A stretch of 64,000 nucleotides of DNA, taken from positions 371,938,001 to 372,002,000 of the forward strand of contig OZ024743.1 in the NCBI GenBank assembly GCA_964016885.1. The letters run 5' to 3'. How positions within the stretch are numbered: position 1 is the stretch's first letter; the number at the start of each line of letters is the position of its first letter. Made by a program: the position numbers and the translations under genes. Origin of the DNA: Eledone cirrhosa (lineage: Eukaryota). The notes beneath the pieces are model-generated. The model saw only the letters and a program-made list of their open reading frames with translations, did no database searches and was not told the origin of the DNA. Shown one piece after another: positions 1 through 13,400 of the stretch.

Positions 1-517
1 CTTGCTCATACATTCATATATTATATAACAAAACATATTCTACAGAGTACGTAAGCAAACCTTAATCACTGCAAATGTCCACCATTTGCGTCAGTGATGA
101 AAACAACCAGTGGTGCTAATAATTGCATGCAGCCCTCTACAAAACTTGTCTACCACATGACATTACATGGTTACTCTGTAAGTCAGTCAATCCTTAGATT
201 TTGAGAAGTTTTGGGGGCGCTTAAAAAGTTGACTTATATGCCACTGTTTATGGTATGTTAGAAACAATTATTATTTCTATTTTTGTTTATCACCTTCTTC
301 CTTATCTCTTATGTTTCTGTAAGTGTATTTGCATCTTCTTTTAGGACATGACAACATATTGCTGTCATGGTAGCCTAGTTTTCTTTCTCACTTCCACTCC
401 AATGCTCTCCCTCTTTGCATGTCTAGTGTAATCTGACTAAACAAAATGAAACAAGACAAATGATTGTTTATGTATTGGTTGTTGAGTAAGTGATTGGATG
501 TGTGAATTTGAGGAAAC

Positions 518-549
518 GTATATATACATATATATATATATATAGATAT

Positions 550-588
<39 letters not shown>

Positions 589-615
589 TACATATATATA
601 TACATATATATATAT
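518..615. repeat. (TA)n microsatellite; many more across the window
   Basis: Directly visible. Confidence 0.95.
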
Positions 616-3600
616 GAGAGGAAATAATAATATCCGTTTATGTAGGGCTAATTCACATTAGTATAGAGGCAGCTTACCAGTTAGTTGTGCTCAATGTGGT
701 CTGTGGAGATGTGTAACATGAGTGTCTTTATAAAAACCATGTACCTTCAACTAGACAGGAAAACCTAGACAAAATCTGTTGAAAATCGAAGAATCATTTA
801 TTGCATAATATGGTCTCTTACACATTTCAATGCTGTTACATATTTGCCTGCAAGAACTGAAAGAATAGGTTACATAATTCTCTTTCTCACAATAAGAAAG
901 TGAAATATGTAACCTATTCTTTCAGTTCTTGCAGGCAAATTATGTAACAACATTGAAATACATAAGAGACCTTATGTAATAAATCATTCTTTCATTTTCA
1001 ACGGATTTTGTCTGGTTTTTCCTTGTACCATATTCACTTAGTCCAACACAACAGCCGTGTCCTTCGTTTGTATTTTTATTTTTAACAAATAATTTTTTAA
1101 GGTTTCCCCTTAAAAAGTTGGTTTTAGTTTGTTGTCTTATCTTCTTTGTTAATTTTCTTAAGTTTATCAATACTAATGTGACGAATGTGTTATCTCTTCT
1201 TCCCCCATTTATTGCAATGGCTTACAACACACACACACACATGAAAGACATCAATTTGGTTGGTTGTAGCATTGGTAATTTACTGTGACCCATTTATTAT
1301 TATTATTTGAGAAAGAGAGAGCGAGAAAAGATGAAACAAAAAATTTTAAGAAACCATATCAAAATATTTACACTATCTTTCTGTTGAGGGGAAGTAAAAA
1401 AAAATCACAATGCTATGGATATAGTTGTTCATTCTCAGTTGAGAACTCATCCTATAAAGACCATCAGAAATATGCATATAAAATAATAAAAAATATATTT
1501 ATATATAAAAAGAAAAGAACAAATTCTCTGAAATGTTGCCAGAGACTAGATGAATGTAAAATCTTCATCAAATGAACATCCTGTCATTTCATTAAATTAA
1601 TCATTATATCTTTAAAATATCAATTTAGAAGAGTATTCATTTTGTTGTTGTTTTTCTATAAAAAAAAAAAAAAAAAAAAAAAATCATTCCATTGCTTTTC
1701 CTCTCTCGAAGTATCTATTTATTTAACCACTTCAGTATGTTATTTTATGTGTGTTTGAATTCAGAGAAAATAGTTAACTATGTCAAAAATTCTTACCATT
1801 CATATTGATATATAATTTTTTTAACTGTTTTACTACTGGTGCATTGGTTTTGACTAGTGTTCCAGTTATTTGACTAATGGAACAGCCTTCTCATGAAATT
1901 AAGGTGAGGTGCAATTGGTTGAACATTCTACAGACACATGTACTTTTAATGTAATTCTCAAGGAGATTCAGCATAACACAGTGTGTGACAAGGCTGGCCC
2001 TTGTATCACAGATACAATTAATTTTTTCCAGCCGAGCCGACTGGAGCAACACAAAATAGTGTTTTCAAAGGCATAACATGCCACCGAGCCAAACACCTTC
2101 ATCACTTAGCCACGTGCCTTCATTGACTGGTCATAATTAGAATGTTAACAGAACAAGAACAATGAAATTCAGTTAATATGAATGAATATATTGGATACAG
2201 CACATACTTTTTCTCCGGGTTAGATAAATTAAAGTATACAATCCAAAGCCTGTGCATAATAACATGGTTAACATATTTGCCTAAAACTACAAAATGTGGA
2301 AATGACCAACGCCTGGCCTTTACAGTTATCATGTTATTTACACTTTGCTGTTTTAGGTAAGGATATTTGTGTAATCTGTGACTAAAAGCACTGTCTGAAA
2401 AAATGACAGGATAGTCACAGTTGGAATGCATTTGATCATATATCTACTCAGTCAGGGTTTAAACACACAAGAACAAGCAATATTATAATGGTTACTTTTG
2501 AGTTAGTTTTACAGTATGATGAGGATAAGTATTGTTGTAACTTATAGAGCAGAAGCTGCATGTTGAAAATTAAGTTATTGTTTGTTTTATTTTAATATAA
2601 TTTTAATTTCAGTCTGGCTTGTTGTTGGTTTTAAGCTTCAGTTTAAATTATGAACTGTATGTAATGGCTAGTGTTTGATAAATAGCCTGCCTTATATTAA
2701 ATTCTGCTTTTCACACATACGGTTGCACTGCAGACGATTTTTGCTTCCGTGAGACAGACATGAAAAACAAAAACAGCTTATTAAATTTTAATCTCCTGTG
2801 CCCCGTAAAACTGCACAAGCAAGGCATTCTTGAAAAGTTTGGAGTATCATTACAACTACATTACATTAAAAGTGTAACTAAAGTATAGACTTTAGTTTAA
2901 TGCAAATTTTCACAACAGTCTGTCCACTACTAAAAATACTATAATTATTTGAATTAACAATTTCATTTTTAGATATTTTCTACTAAATTATTACAGGATG
3001 TAATAATTTAAGAACTGAAATCTATGGATGGTACACATTGTATCCCCTTGTCATTTATAAATATATATATATATTCAAAACTCCAGTTTACACCAAATAA
3101 AAACCTGAAATTGTTTGATCTGAAGAATTTTGTTTAAAACGAGGTTCATATTTATGTAAAAATTTGGTGAAATATTTTAAAGGTGGTGAATTGGCCGTTT
3201 GAACATCAGCATTTGTTTCAGCTCACTGCTCTCAGTTCAAATCCCCCATGTGGCTAACTTTGTCTTTCATCCTTTCAGGGCTGATAAAGTATTACTCCAA
3301 GGGTGTTGGAATTGTTAAAGAGTTGAACAAGATGGTTTGTGGTATCTGAACCGGCTAGGTGTGTTTTGAATTCAATCAAATCCAGTCTCCTTGGTCTGAT
3401 CTGATGAGTTGAAGAAATATGTTTGTTTGTTTTTCTTTAACTTTTTCAAACAAACAAAGAAATGAATCTAAATAGATTCCAGTCTTATGTTTCTTTATAT
3501 TCAAAATTGAAATAGTAAAAGTCAAACTAAGCGTTATAGCAAATTTATTCCAACAAAAGAGATAATTCTTTAATACATTCCTTTTAGAATACTTGAATCT

Positions 3601-4322
3601 AGGAAAACCATATTAGTTTGATATATTAACATTTTTACTAAATTTTATTTGATGTCAGTTAAGATTGAACTGATATTTTAAATATAGAAATGAAAATCAA
3701 ACAGTTCAGTATATATTTGTTTTGTTTGTCATACCTGCATATTCCCATTGTTTTTATTCTATAACATCTGACATTAGAGAAAAGGATTCACTATTATTTC
3801 ATATAATGAAATGGAATATTTTAGATATTTAAATGCCTTTTGAGTTTGGGAGATATATCAGCAAAATATTGCTTTCTTTTGATAAGGCAAAGGGGCAAAC
3901 ATTTTGTTGACCAGGTATAGATGATTCTATTGTTCTCATTCTATTACTGGTGCTGTAGGGGGCTGAAAGTTATAATTCACCTGGGTGATATTTAAGTACA
4001 GAACATAAAGGTGGACCTAAATACTGCATTGTCTTCATAGCAAAATACTCTTTCCTAATATCCAGAATATTTACCCACTTAACATGTAAAACCAGAATAA
4101 ACATAGATTTATATATTAATGGTTTAATTTTAAATGTCACCAAAAAAGGGGTTTAAAAGTTATTATTAATCTTTAAATTATTTGGAATAAATCATATTCT
4201 TTTTGGATCCTTTTAGTAGATTATGTAAATTCAAAATAAAAATAATTATTCACTTCCATGATTAGGTCCCATATTATTTCTTTCGTTTTTAATCATCACA
4301 AGTTTGAATGGCCAAGAATCAT

Positions 4323-4466
4323 TCAGATTGGTGCCTCTCTAGGTTCTATAAGAATTTCATTAACAGCAACGTACGCCGGTTGAGACGTAGCGTAGATGCA
4401 AGCTTGTGCAACATCATCGGGTTCCAAAATTTTTGTACTACTACTACCATCATACAAAGTCTTTGC
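4323..4466 (-). CDS. Terminal coding exon (AKTLYDG...[19 protein letters not shown])
   Basis: ttttacAG acceptor, 48 codons to TGA; typical YdfG-like SDR C-terminus. Confidence 0.92.
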   Translation of the reverse strand, partial: AKTLYDGSSSTKILEPDDVAQACIYATSQPAYVAVNEILIEPREAPI

Positions 4467-7400
4467 CTGTAAAAATAAAAAAATAATCTATAAGTAAAAT
4501 TAGAACCAACTACTCAAGTCTAAAAGGATCCAAATCGACAAGATCCGACCTCATTCACTTACCGAGTGAGGTGGAACTCATTTGATCGAACCAAAGAAAC
4601 TGTTTTCGTTGGTCTTTACAATTGCTGATACTATCTACAAGTCGCAATTCCTGGCAGGAGCATCGTGAAATAAAGTGCCTTGCTCAAGGACACAACACCT
4701 CACATGACCTGGGAATCAAACTCACGATTGTAAATCCAACTCTAACCACTAAGCCAAGTGTAATAAGGTATTTAACCCTTTAGCATTTAAACTGGCCGTA
4801 TCTGGTCAAAATTCTCTCACCTCTTTCTGTTCAAACCACCTGTAACCAACTACTCATACTGTGTATTTTTCTCAAAATAAATATAAAAATTTCATATTTT
4901 CGATATTATGTGAGCCTTTACCACAAAAATACAATAATAAATATAGAGTAATGTAAATGTTAAGGGTTAAACCTTTTACTATATTTCTAATGAATAACAG
5001 TTTAATAAATAATTTTGAAAATAACCAAGAATTTGGAAGTATTTAACTTTTTCATTATTAAGTTGGTGTTTGAAGCAGAACTTAAAGATTCTTACATAAA
5101 AAAATTAAGATGGAAGGTTTTGGATGAATATAACATTTTACAACACTGTTTTGTATCTTGAGAACTGCAGGCAGTTTCAATCAATTTGGTTAAGGAGTTT
5201 GCTTTGAAAAGACGCTATGTGCTAGTGCCCCAAATTAAAATTTGGTAGACAAACTGCAGACGTCCATTGTATGTATGTGTTTGTCTGTTTATCTACAATA
5301 ACTTATCAGTTTGACAAAAAAAGAGACCAATAAAATAAGTACTAGACTTGAAAAAATAAGCAATGGATTGATGTGATCGACTAGTTCAGCATGATTGCGG
5401 GCTGATAACTGAAAAATAAATTTATTGTCATACAGGATAATGGCTTACATTGTAAGTGTATTGGGGGACTGCATCGTATAAATGTTTTTCAGTTCAGCCC
5501 CATCCTGAGCACATAAGGATCCAACTGTTTTACAAACTGAAAAGATGAGTTTCAAGTGTAATAACTTTCCAGTGCTGTAGTATTTCCACAGGCCTGTTCC
5601 ACCCAACATCACCATATGGTCCATAGCTCTTTCTACTAACACATATCAAATTGCTTAAAGTCTATTGCCTATCTTCAATATCACAATGTTCAGAGTCCAG
5701 ATCTCCATGCTTTATTCTTCAAACTCCAGAGTCTGTCCAGTTTCAGATTGGCCACACCCCAGATTTATCTAGATTGTTATTGTAAAATAAACAACTGGGA
5801 AAAAAATTAGCTAAAATAAAAGAATGATGGACACTTTTATTTGACTACAGATATACATGGATCATCAGTTTGCTAAGTTGACTAATAGCACATACTGTAG
5901 TGAGACAACTAATATGAGTTATCACACTAAAAAAAAAAAACATTTTTGATACCAAACCACCCCCGATTCTATGAAACAAAATATTTATTTTAAAGTGTTT
6001 ATATTTATAAAACCTTGTTCCAAACACTATATTGAGAAAGTTATATTCCTAAATTTTTGATTATTTTCGAAATGATTTGAAGATCATAAGGCAGTGTCTT
6101 TTTAGAAATACAGTAAGAAAGGGTTTTAAAGCATATAATGTTTTACTTATGTTCTAGAATTTGTAGGTAAAGAATGCAATGCTGGGTACCTCTTGATCCG
6201 TTGTATGGGTCAACAGTTCTGACTTCACATCACCTGGCTGAAGACATGTAACTCGTATTCCTAAAGAAGCCACTTCATGTCTTAAACCTTGGGACAAACC
6301 TTCAACAAAGAACTTTGATCCAGAATATACAGCTAAACCAGCAAAACCCTGCAAAATACAAGTGTGAGTGAGAATATTAAATATATGTATTTTCATTAGA
6401 CTAATGGCTTCAGATTTATTACAGAAAATGTGATATGGATGATGATGACATGAGAAATAACTGCTGTTAAAAATTGAAAACGGATCACTGTAGAAGAGAA
6501 TATTAATTCTTTTAACAGGCACATGGCCACACAGTTTAGAGGTGAGTTTAATTGATTATACTGACAATTGATTAGTATTGACTTCAGCTGGATTTGAACT
6601 TAGAAAATCAAATATCACAAGGAATCTTTTTGCTACTCTATCAATTCTAACAGACATATATCATAGAGAAGTGAAATGACATATTAAGCTATAATGGCTA
6701 CATACACGTCTTCCTGCATCTGAAGATATGTTGATGATATGACCAGATTTTTTCTTTATCATTCCTTCAAGGACAGCCCCAATACAATTTGTCACACCCT
6801 GAAGAAACAAATGTGACAGATTCAGTTTTTTTAAGTTTTATATATCTGAAAAAAAAAAAAAAAAATTGAGCTGGGCAGATTTTATGGGCAAAGTCAACCA
6901 GAAGTAGACCACAAGCAGGATGGTTGGATAACATCTATGAGCTGAGCTTGTCTTGCTTAAGGACTCTGCCTCAACAACCCCGCTAGGAATAAGTGGACAA
7001 AGACGATGAACAGTTGTAATTATTAAAATAAAAAATAATTGTTAAAAGTAACATAATTAATTTGATTATAATATTTTTTTGCTCGCATCACTTGGTGTTC
7101 TGTAACTTTATATGTATCTGTATACAGATGTATATTGTATGACTCACCTTACAATTAATATCAATCATTCGATTCCACTCATCTTCTTTGAGGTTTCTCA
7201 TTAATGTGTAATACATAATGCCAGCACTATTCACCAGAATGTCAATTGGTCCCAGAGAACATTCTGTGTGACGAACGAGTTCTTTCACCTGGAAGAAATT
7301 TAAAAAACAAAACAAAGGACTGAAATATCTGGATAGAAATTACAGAAGCCCATCGTATATATATACTTGAATATAAGCCAAGGAATATGTGATCAAAAAA

Positions 7401-10400
7401 TCAATGGTAAAATTGGGGAGTTGGCTTATATTTGGAGTCACTATTTTGACGATTTTCATCAACTTCAAATTCTATGTAAATAAGGAACTAAAATATCTGG
7501 AGTCATTATTTTACAATGAAACACTGTTTTTCTACATTTCCTATATCACCAAGTTTTATTTATGGATTGCCTTCAGAACATTCCCACTAAGTTTTATTAT
7601 TTGAACTTTTTAATAGATAAATATCTTTTATGCATACATGTGTGCCAACTGTTTTTCTCTGTTGGGCTAGGGAGCCGGAAGTGAAGGGCCAGTGACTTCA
7701 CATTAGAAATATGGGCCAGGTATCTCTCTTAATTCATGTGTCACAGCCGAGTGTGGACGTTTTGTGATGACTGGTATGATTGAGTGTGTGGGTTTTGGTA
7801 TGTTCTCTGGCCAGATGCGAAATAGGTGAGTATCGTACAGGGAGATTCAGTCCAAACATGAATGGAGATACAAAGGTAGGTCCATTCACTTCTTATGACA
7901 ACCTATTTTGGCAGCATATTTTTTTTATTTACTTTCTCTGACTCTCAGAAGATATGACAACAAAGATAAGGATCAGTAGCGATACAATGAAGGCCTTCAG
8001 TGGCAAAGGAGACATTGCCTGGATTACGAAGATAAAATTGTTCGCTACATTACAAGGGATCAAAAATATGGCAGGCCTCATGGTGCTGTATCTGGAGAGT
8101 AACGCAATGGCATCGTACCTTGAAATAGATTAGGCAGACCAATTGAGCAGCACCTCAAGGAGGCATTAACTGAGGGATTGTATCCTGTTTTCGCCAAACT
8201 AGGAAAGGTGATGTGGATGGGAGAGCAGGTGGACGTGTTCACGGCGGAACTCTGGAGGTTGGCTACACTAGTAGAAAACCTAGAAAGGGTTGTGTGAATG
8301 GTTTCCCCAACGAAATTTTGGTGAGGTTCCACCAGCTGCTGGGCAACAACAAAATGTCCACGCGCGAACTGATCACATAGGCCTTCATAGTGAGATGAGG
8401 TGTTCAGCAAAATGTGGCGTTAGCAGTGAATAGCAATTAATGGACAATGAGGGGAGGAGAGCCCCATGAACACCCGGCTGCGGACATTCAAAGGCCAGTG
8501 CTTTAGGTGCCAGGGTATGAACATGGCAAGGGACTATAAGAGCCCATGTGGACACTGGCTGCACAACCACCTTAGTAACACCGGAGGTGGTTAAAAGGTG
8601 GAGCAGGATGAGTAGTGTAAGAGCAGTCGACAGCAGAGTGATAAGATGCAGAGGTAGCAGTGAGGTGTAGATGGCAGTACAAGGAATAAAAATAAGGCTG
8701 TGAGTGATTGTGATCGACCATGTGATGGATGGAATTGATGTGGTAATGGGCATTTCAGTGATTAAGGATGGGGTAAAGCGGGAACACCATGTACTGTGAG
8801 AGTGTAACAGGGGAACGGGGAGAGCCATGAAGAAAAATGTGCTGTTCATACCATTCAAGACGGATTTCCATACTGTATTTAATGGTCAGTGGTGGACAGT
8901 TAAGTGGTACTGCAAAGAAGAACCCTGACGTTGAACAGAATGAGCTGCTATCAACATACCCTGAAAGGGGATGCTTGAAACGAGTTTGAGGGAGAGGGGC
9001 AAAGATGGATAGAGGAGTGGTGTGTTGCCGTTAATGGCAGTAGTGCAACAAATGAAGAACAAGGTCAGGCCAGTGCTGGACTTTCGTGAACTGAACAAAC
9101 ACGTGTTGTGCCACACAGGCGACAGATGTCTGCAGGGAAACCTTGCGAGAGTGGAGACAAATGATAGTGACTTCCACGATTTTTAACTTAAAGTCAGTGT
9201 ATCTGCATCTACATGTAGCTGAAAAGCTGTGGCAGTATCAGTTGGTTAGGTGTAAGGGCTGGACATACTGCCTGACCAGCCTGGGGTTTGGGTTGAATTC
9301 AGCACCAAATATCATAAAGACAATCCTCAAGATCATTCTGGGGAAAGGTCACCAATTCCTACATTAGGAGATGCTGCAGAAATGTTAATAAAGCACTGCC
9401 TGGGAACTCTGGGAAAGCTGGCTGCTGAGTTCAGCCTGAAGTTGAATGTGGTCTTTGAACCCTTGGAGAAAAATAGGGTGGACATCCTAACCAGGGTGAA
9501 GAAAACCTGACTGAAAGTTTCAGAAGATGCAGGAAAGGGGATAACTGCAGTGACTTGGAATTGAGGAGGTTGCATATCATGCAGACATCTGTCGCCTGTG
9601 TGGCACAACACGTGTTTGTTCAGTTCACGAAAGTCCAGCACTGGCCTGACCTTGTTCTTCATTTGTTGCACTACTGCCAAGCGGTGCACAGGCTGAGTGG
9701 AAATGGGATCGTGGAGAGGCACGGTCAAGGCGATGGCAGAGAGAAGACACATTTCACTAATGGAGGCGGTGTTCTAGTACAACATATTGCCTTGGATGGG
9801 ACAAGATGTGGAGTTGGTGCCACTTAGGGTGATATATAAATATGAATGGCGACATTTGTGCATGTTATTACAATGACCTGTGGAAGAGCTAGAATACGTT
9901 TGTGCAAATGGGCAAAGAAGCCTGGGTCAAGTACCCAAATGTGTGTTGGAGATCTCAATGAGAATAGGGAACGGTAATGGGTTTAAATTCCTGAAACAAC
10001 GTGTCTGTGGATGAAATGATGCATCATGTTTTAGATGTCTGCAGAATTGTCCATTTGATGGACTTCGAAGAAGAGGAGAATGTAAGTGGACTTTGACTTG
10101 GAGTGATCTTTGAGATCAGGGGTTGTGTGGAGCTAGGGAGCCGGAAGTGGGTCTCTCACTTGATCCATGTGCCACAGCAGAGGGTGGACATTTGGTGATG
10201 AGTGTGTGAGTTTTGTTATGTTCTTTGGCCAGACGCGAAACATGAGCATCACGCAGGGAGATTCAGTCCAGACATGAGTGGAGAGGCAAAGGTAGGTCTC
10301 TTCAATTCTTATGACACTTACATAATTATACTTTTTCATTCAACTTTGTTTCATTCTATTTCGCTTGCTCTTGCCCTCTCTTTTTCTCAATGTGCCTCTC

Positions 10401-13400
10401 CTATCTCTCTCTAGCAAGGGTTGTATAGGTCTTCATAGACCAAATACTGAAGTGAGGCACCAGTATTAGAGAGGTTATGTCTTTGATGCAACTGAAAGGT
10501 CCTCTCAAACCTTTGTTTGACAAGATTTTTATGGCTGGGTGCCCTTCCTATCACCAACCAATTTACAGTATGTACTGGGTGCATTTATTGTGTAGATCAT
10601 CAACACTAGGAAGGCTGTCATATATGTGTGTGTATTATGTGTCCATGTCATTGTTTATGTCCCTTAAAAAAGCAATTTGACAAAAATATCACTGAAGTAG
10701 GTAACAGACTTCAAGGTGGTCCCCCAATGTAGCTGCAGTTTAATGACTGAAACCAGTAAAAGAATAATAGAATATCAACAAAACCCAACCAAAAGTAACA
10801 TTTTATACCTGCTGCTTGTCAGTAACATCTGTTTTAACAGCAATGACATGACCATGAGCATCTTCTGAAAATTTCCTGCATAGTTCCTGCAGCTTATCTT
10901 CTCTGCGAGCTGCCATAGCAACATTTGCACCTGCTTTAACAAAGGCTTCTGCAATTGCACAACCAATTCCACTTGATGCACCCGTTACAATTACAACTTT
11001 GCCATGTAGATTGATATCTATTAAAAAAAACAAACATAAATATATATTTATTAAAACTCCTGCTCGCACCTGTCGTAGAGTGACAAACAGAACCAATTAT
11101 TTGAATCCCGTTTCCCTCACAGCCATAAGTATTCAGAGTTCAAATCCTGCTTCATTTTGTAACTCCTGGCAGAAGGAAGCAGGATTTGAACCTAGAATGC
11201 ACAAAGCCAGATCAGATAATGACTCTTTTGCAATTCCAACAATCCACAGCTTCTGAACTGGTATGTTATTTATCAAACCTGAAAAATTGAAAGACAAAGT
11301 GGACCTTAGCAGGATTTGAACTTAGAATGCAACAAGCTGATACAAATACCGATGTCTTAATGGCTGTCAATTCACTGCTTATTAATAACATAAGAAGGGG
11401 ATAAAACAGAGGGTATGAAGCCTTACATTTAAAGCAAATGGGGAAAATATGACAATGACATTAATGCTGTTATTATTGTTAAGTCTCAGGTTGCTTTTTA
11501 TTTAGCATACCTATGATCAAAGCTATATCAACCATGGCCATCCCACCTTTGAATCCTCAAACTGGCATACAGTTACATTTTCATGTGATACCTATATTCA
11601 TTTAACTTCCCTTCAATATATAACTAGTACTTATTTCTTCCTCTTTCCATATGAAACAAGACAAAGCTAACCCAAACAGGATTTCAATTCAAAGCATAGA
11701 GAGAAATCAAATATCATTCCTCCTAGGATAACAATGATGAATATTTGCAGTTAATTAGACAAGATAAAAGCTTTTGATGACTTACTGGCAGCACTCATTC
11801 TTGTTAACCTCTGGAATATTCCTTGGCGGCAGAGTTTGTCAAAATATAGTTTTAAAAGAGCTGAATCTATTTCAGGATATGTCAGGCTAAATTTCTCCAG
11901 AATTTCAAACAGATTACAATTTTGGAATGTACTTAGAGTAGAAAAAAATTGAGCATTTCTGTGGGAGAGAAAAAATACAAAGAAATCAAGTATAATTATC
12001 AATATATTTTAAAAGGAAATGTAAGCATAAGACAATCCAACAAAACTGTGAGCATCGCATTAGATGTTATAAGCATCAATTTGAGATAGGCATACTTAAA
12101 CTATGTATCCATAGCTTCCCAGGCAACCACATTACTGATCACTGAGTGCCTGCCTGTGGTTTGAGTCCTCTTAATGGTTTTGTTCTTAATCTGTTTTAAA
12201 TTGATTATAATGTTCGATATCTGAGAGTGCTGTTAATTCACAAGAGTACTCTTAATAATAACAAGTAAATCTGATGAGTGTATTTTAATGTTTGTAATCT
12301 CTTCTCAGCCATTCTATTTCTTCCTTCCTATTAATTCTTCGAGTGAACTCACTTTGAGCCGCTGATTTCTGTTCTTCAAGGTAATGCTTTACCCAACGCC
12401 ATTTCGCTGTTTTAAGTTTCCTTACGCTGAGTTTTTCCATTTTCCTATGAATTCTAATACACTCGCATTTCAAAACTCGATATTCAAGTTAATTTTGTTT
12501 TTTTATACATATATAACAGTGTTTTTCAAGTGTGTTCAGGGTTGGAGCCATGGTAAAATACACCCAGTGCATTCTGTAGTGGGTCATGATAGGAAAAGGA
12601 TCCAGATGTAGAAACCATGCCAAAATTGGAAAGTATGTAAATGTGGAATGACTCCTACCCCCAGCCCTTCTGGGAGGAGAGTAATTCCAATTAAGTAGTG
12701 GTTTGGTTTGAGATGATCTGTCTAGCTCATTCCAGCATGGAAAAATGGAGTTATAATGATGATGATGAGTGCATTTATATTGCTCAGGAGAGGTGACAAT
12801 ATGTGCCCTTAGCAGAGTCTGCCCCTCCACATTGAAAGGTTTTGATCTAACACCATTTATCTGAACACAAATAGTAGGACATCCATATAGGGACTTCAAG
12901 GCAACAAGAAACTGCCCATCAATCTGATACTCCTGCAATCCTAGACTAAACAGTGGTAAGGTACTAGGGGAGATGGAGCAATTGGTGACACTGTTAGCTC
13001 ACAACCCAACGATATAGTTATGAGATGAGTAAAAGCCACCTATAAAAAAGCTTAGTTTTCATGAATCTAAGAAAATTCCCAAATTGGTGACTGGCACGAA
13101 CACGACCACCAAAAACTGCAGTATGGTCAGATTCAATAAAAGTAATCCAACTGCATTATTGCAGTCTCCATCTAATGCCCCCAAAACTGGTAATAGGCAC
13201 GCAACTTGTCCCTGGGAGACATGGGATGAATGTACAAATGCTGTGTATCCTGAGACTCCAAAGATGGCCTAGAAGGGAGCAAATGTTAACAAATGGCAAC
13301 TGGAACATCACAACCCTTATAGCAGGAACTATTGGAGGAGGCTAAATGCTACCCATTAGATGTGGTGCCAGAAATGACTGCACAGGCTGGAGTGGGGATA

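Noticed and set aside
940-2431. Short AT-rich ORFs near the window start, and similar ones elsewhere
   Set aside because: Low-complexity, no recognisable motifs or consistent splice structure; they overlap palindromes and SINEs.
6154-11096. A stand-alone SDR gene starting at the ORF-track starts
   Set aside because: Those ORF starts are intronic read-through; the first SDR exon has a splice acceptor and joins the upstream exon in frame.
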